DNA from: Microthyrium microscopicum
Lineage: Eukaryota
Direction: 5' to 3'
Length of the DNA stretch: 64,000 bases
Assembly: GCA_010405405.1 (NCBI GenBank)
Contig: MU004238.1
Location: 1,375,530 to 1,439,529, forward strand
Position numbers and translations under genes: made by a program. The stretch's first letter is position 1, and each line of letters opens with the position of its first letter. Shown piece after piece: positions 61,201 to 64,000 of this stretch. A model generated the notes under the pieces. That model was not told the origin of the DNA. It saw only the letters and a list, made by a program, of their open reading frames with translations, and ran no database searches.

Positions 61201-63286
61201 TGTAGACCAAAGTCGGTGCCTGGCGGTAAGTCAAGGCCATCCGATATGGCCAAACGAATGCTTTCAGCTGAATCAACTCGCGATATGTCAATAACGCGAT
61301 AGTTGATGCCATCGGGTGTGACAAAAGCCACGCGTTTACCCTCGTCCTCCGCGACGGATAGACGGCTGCCAGCACCAGATCGGGTAGTGCCAGTAAGATG
61401 TAAAGAATTCTCGCTACCGTTCCTGAACTTGAAGAAATAATGTGGTTGACGGATGTTGGCTGGACTGGAAGGCGATTCAAGGCTCGACTCGTCGGGTGAA
61501 AGATGAGTGCCATCTTTCTTATCCTTGCGCTTGAGTCGAGAGAATATGTTCTTATGCTCCTTGACTGGAGGTTCACTCGGCGACGGACGGTTGCTTTCAA
61601 GGGCATTTCTTCCTCTGTTGGTAGATTCTGTACTGGCGTCACGGTTGTGCGTCGCCTTTCCATGTGGCCAGCCCTTTCCGTGTATTCCAGGGCTAGGCGC
61701 AGGACTAAGTCGACCGTCCCGTTGCGACTGATCCGGAAGATCCTGCGAAGAATTCCTACTTCGCCTCCTTCCATCTGCCATCCTGAGAGCATCCCTACTA
61801 TGCTTACTCCGTCCGTCTTCCACCTGAGATGGAGACACCCGGCGATTCCACAAATCTGATGATTGCCCAGGTGCTGCCACGAACCTATCAGGACTATCGT
61901 CTCCCAGTGCAGTTGTAGGTGTACCTGCTGGTCCTAGACCTGGCGAGTTTTCGACTGTACCCTCCGGTCCTGCACTAGTGGTCAATGAATGCTCTCGTTT
62001 GTGATGATATGCATTCAATGATGTTCCACCTCCAGCATCTCCAGTCTCCACAATTTTGCGAACTGCTCGTCTCAAACGTTTCCGTCGATCCATTTCCGCT
62101 TGAACATCGAAATTATCTCCCAATTTATCAGCTAATCGCGGATAGACCTGTTCGTGCATCATTGCCAGATTTCCACGATTTCTTCCGATGTCCAAGAAGG
62201 CATTCCCATGCACGTTAACCTCTCTAAACACTTCAATCCATTGACTTGGATAGTTTTGTGTAGCAAGAAATTTAAGCACCCGCTCCAAAGGCCATTGATA
62301 TCCAGGATCTGAAGGAGACAGAGGCTGTTGTGTTTGTAAAGCAGCGGGGAGAGATTGTGGATTTTGGGGAGTAGCCGTGGGTGGTCCAGGCGATGCGAAG
62401 CCATTTGGTGGCACTGCAATCGATCTTGGAGGTGCTGGCGTCATTTGTCCATGGGCAAAGGTCGGAAAAGCATTGGATCCGTCAATTGGGGTTTGAAGCG
62501 TAGTCATCCCCGTATTAGACTGAGTGCCATAGTCTGAATGTGTACCATATTGTGGTTGATCGTAGTACAAATCATCTGGAGGCGGGATACCGACTCCTGG
62601 TCCCCATCCTTCACCCCCAGGAATATATGTAGCGGAGACTAAACTGCCAGTGCTATTCTCTCGAATGGACTGTTGTGTCTGTTGCTGATAGGTACTGTAT
62701 GCTGAAGGATTATAACTTGGAACAGGTCGATTGCTAGCGGGCGGGGGAGGAGGATACGACTGTTGTCGTCCACCCCAGAAGGAATGCGCATTTTGGGGTA
62801 CAGCACTCGGAGGCCCGCTTGGAGGAGGAGGTATTATCAAGCCATGATGTTGTGGATGCTGTTGACGGGGCGGAGGCCCTGGGAGCGATATACCGATGGG
62901 AGTCTGTGGTGGTCTAATATGGTCAGTGTATGATCAACATGAATGCGCCCGGCTCAGCCCAACGCTGATAGAACTGTTGAAGACAATTCCACAGCACCAA
63001 CTGCACAGAGCCAGGCGCAACACTCAAAAGATGGTTGCACATAAATATCTTACGGTGGAGGAGGTGGGAACCCATTGCGATAGGCGCCATGCATGGCGCC
63101 GTATGCCAAATATGAATTGTTCTCTGTAAAGGATCGTTGCCGGTGCGGAGCAGCTATAGGCGATGGCGAATATGCCAAACTTGGATTTGCGCCGGGAACT
63201 TGCAGGTTGCTGTTAGAAGAGGAATAGGCGGGCGGATCTTGTGGAGGGAGGTCAGAGCCGGATCGTTGGCGGTTTTCGACTGTCAT
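58296..63286 (-). CDS. BCK1: Cell-wall-integrity MAP kinase kinase kinase Bck1/Mkh1
   Basis: RRKSTKMFG, GKGTFG, AVKQV, HRDLKADN, DFG and GSVFWMAPE motifs; SAM-like region; short first and last exons. Confidence 0.93.
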
Positions 63287-64000
63287 GCTAAGAAGGAGCA
63301 GAGTCCAGACGACAAACCCGAGATAGGATGGACTGATGTTCGTCGCTCAATATGAAGGGGGTGGGAGTAGCGGTCCGAGCGCTGAGATAGGTCTTTCTAA
63401 TATCTATTCCCGGCCTGTCAGATACATCAGGCCTGCGACAGTATCAGAATCAGATGTCCCAGGATATGGCGATATGGCGACGACAATGGGGATGGTGTAG
63501 ACATGAAAGTCGCACGCAAAGGAGGTGGTGAGACGAGAGAATAATGTCAAGACGGACCCCCTCTTGGAGTCTTGGAGAAGTGTTGGTGGTTGGATTCTGA
63601 CGAGAAGGAAGCAGCCAATCCCCGCGCTTACCTTGACGCCCGAGGCCATTGCTGTTGGCTCTTTTCTCTAGCCGTCTCCTCTCATTCGTTGCTTACAGCT
63701 TTTAGCAGCGGAGAGAGCCTCGAGAGCGTGGATGCTGCCGCTTAATGGCCACGCATAAGTTATAACGCGACATAAGCCAAATAAGCCACGCTAGAAGACT
63801 TCTAGTCTCTTTTCATGTGAGCCTCTCAAAGACTTCATCTTGTCTTTTAAATCCACCGCAAAACACATCTCTCACAGTTCCACGAGTGTATGAGACAGAA
63901 TCTTACATCAATCCCAACAACTTCAAAGGCCTATCAATGGACCAAAAAATTGACGTGCTCCCATCATCTTCGCTGGCTGCCATGTGCCACGCTTTCGTAC

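Noticed and set aside
1..64000. CRISPR arrays or prokaryotic defence operons
   Set aside because: The sequence is intron-containing fungal DNA with no repeat-spacer array.

Overview
This is eukaryotic DNA from a filamentous ascomycete (Pezizomycotina-type short GT-AG introns with CTAAC branch points). It holds about 22 host genes, including LAS1, POL12, PDR16-like, eIF4B, SWD2, NAD kinase, OHCU decarboxylase, OTU1, iPGM, SNIP1/PML1, a HET-domain gene, an oxysterol-binding protein and BCK1. These are interspersed with AT-rich islands carrying the RIP signature (TpA excess, CpA/TpG loss). The most notable structure is a 3,994-bp Tc1/IS630-type element (39425-43418; ~66-bp TIRs, TA duplication). 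Manual reversal of RIP shows a DD34E transposase plus a convergent second ORF of ~480 aa with a Cys/His motif. A diverged second copy (1201-4081) keeps both genes and is interrupted by an LTR element. The full copy sits inside the 53-nt intron of a small Cys-rich host gene, which carries a RIP-type premature stop 133 bp outside the element. Other observations are three TA-flanked MITEs, a secreted RNase T1-like protein lacking both catalytic histidines, a 6-nt microexon, a GC-AG intron and a candidate structured RNA. All calls were made by eye, with no database searches.
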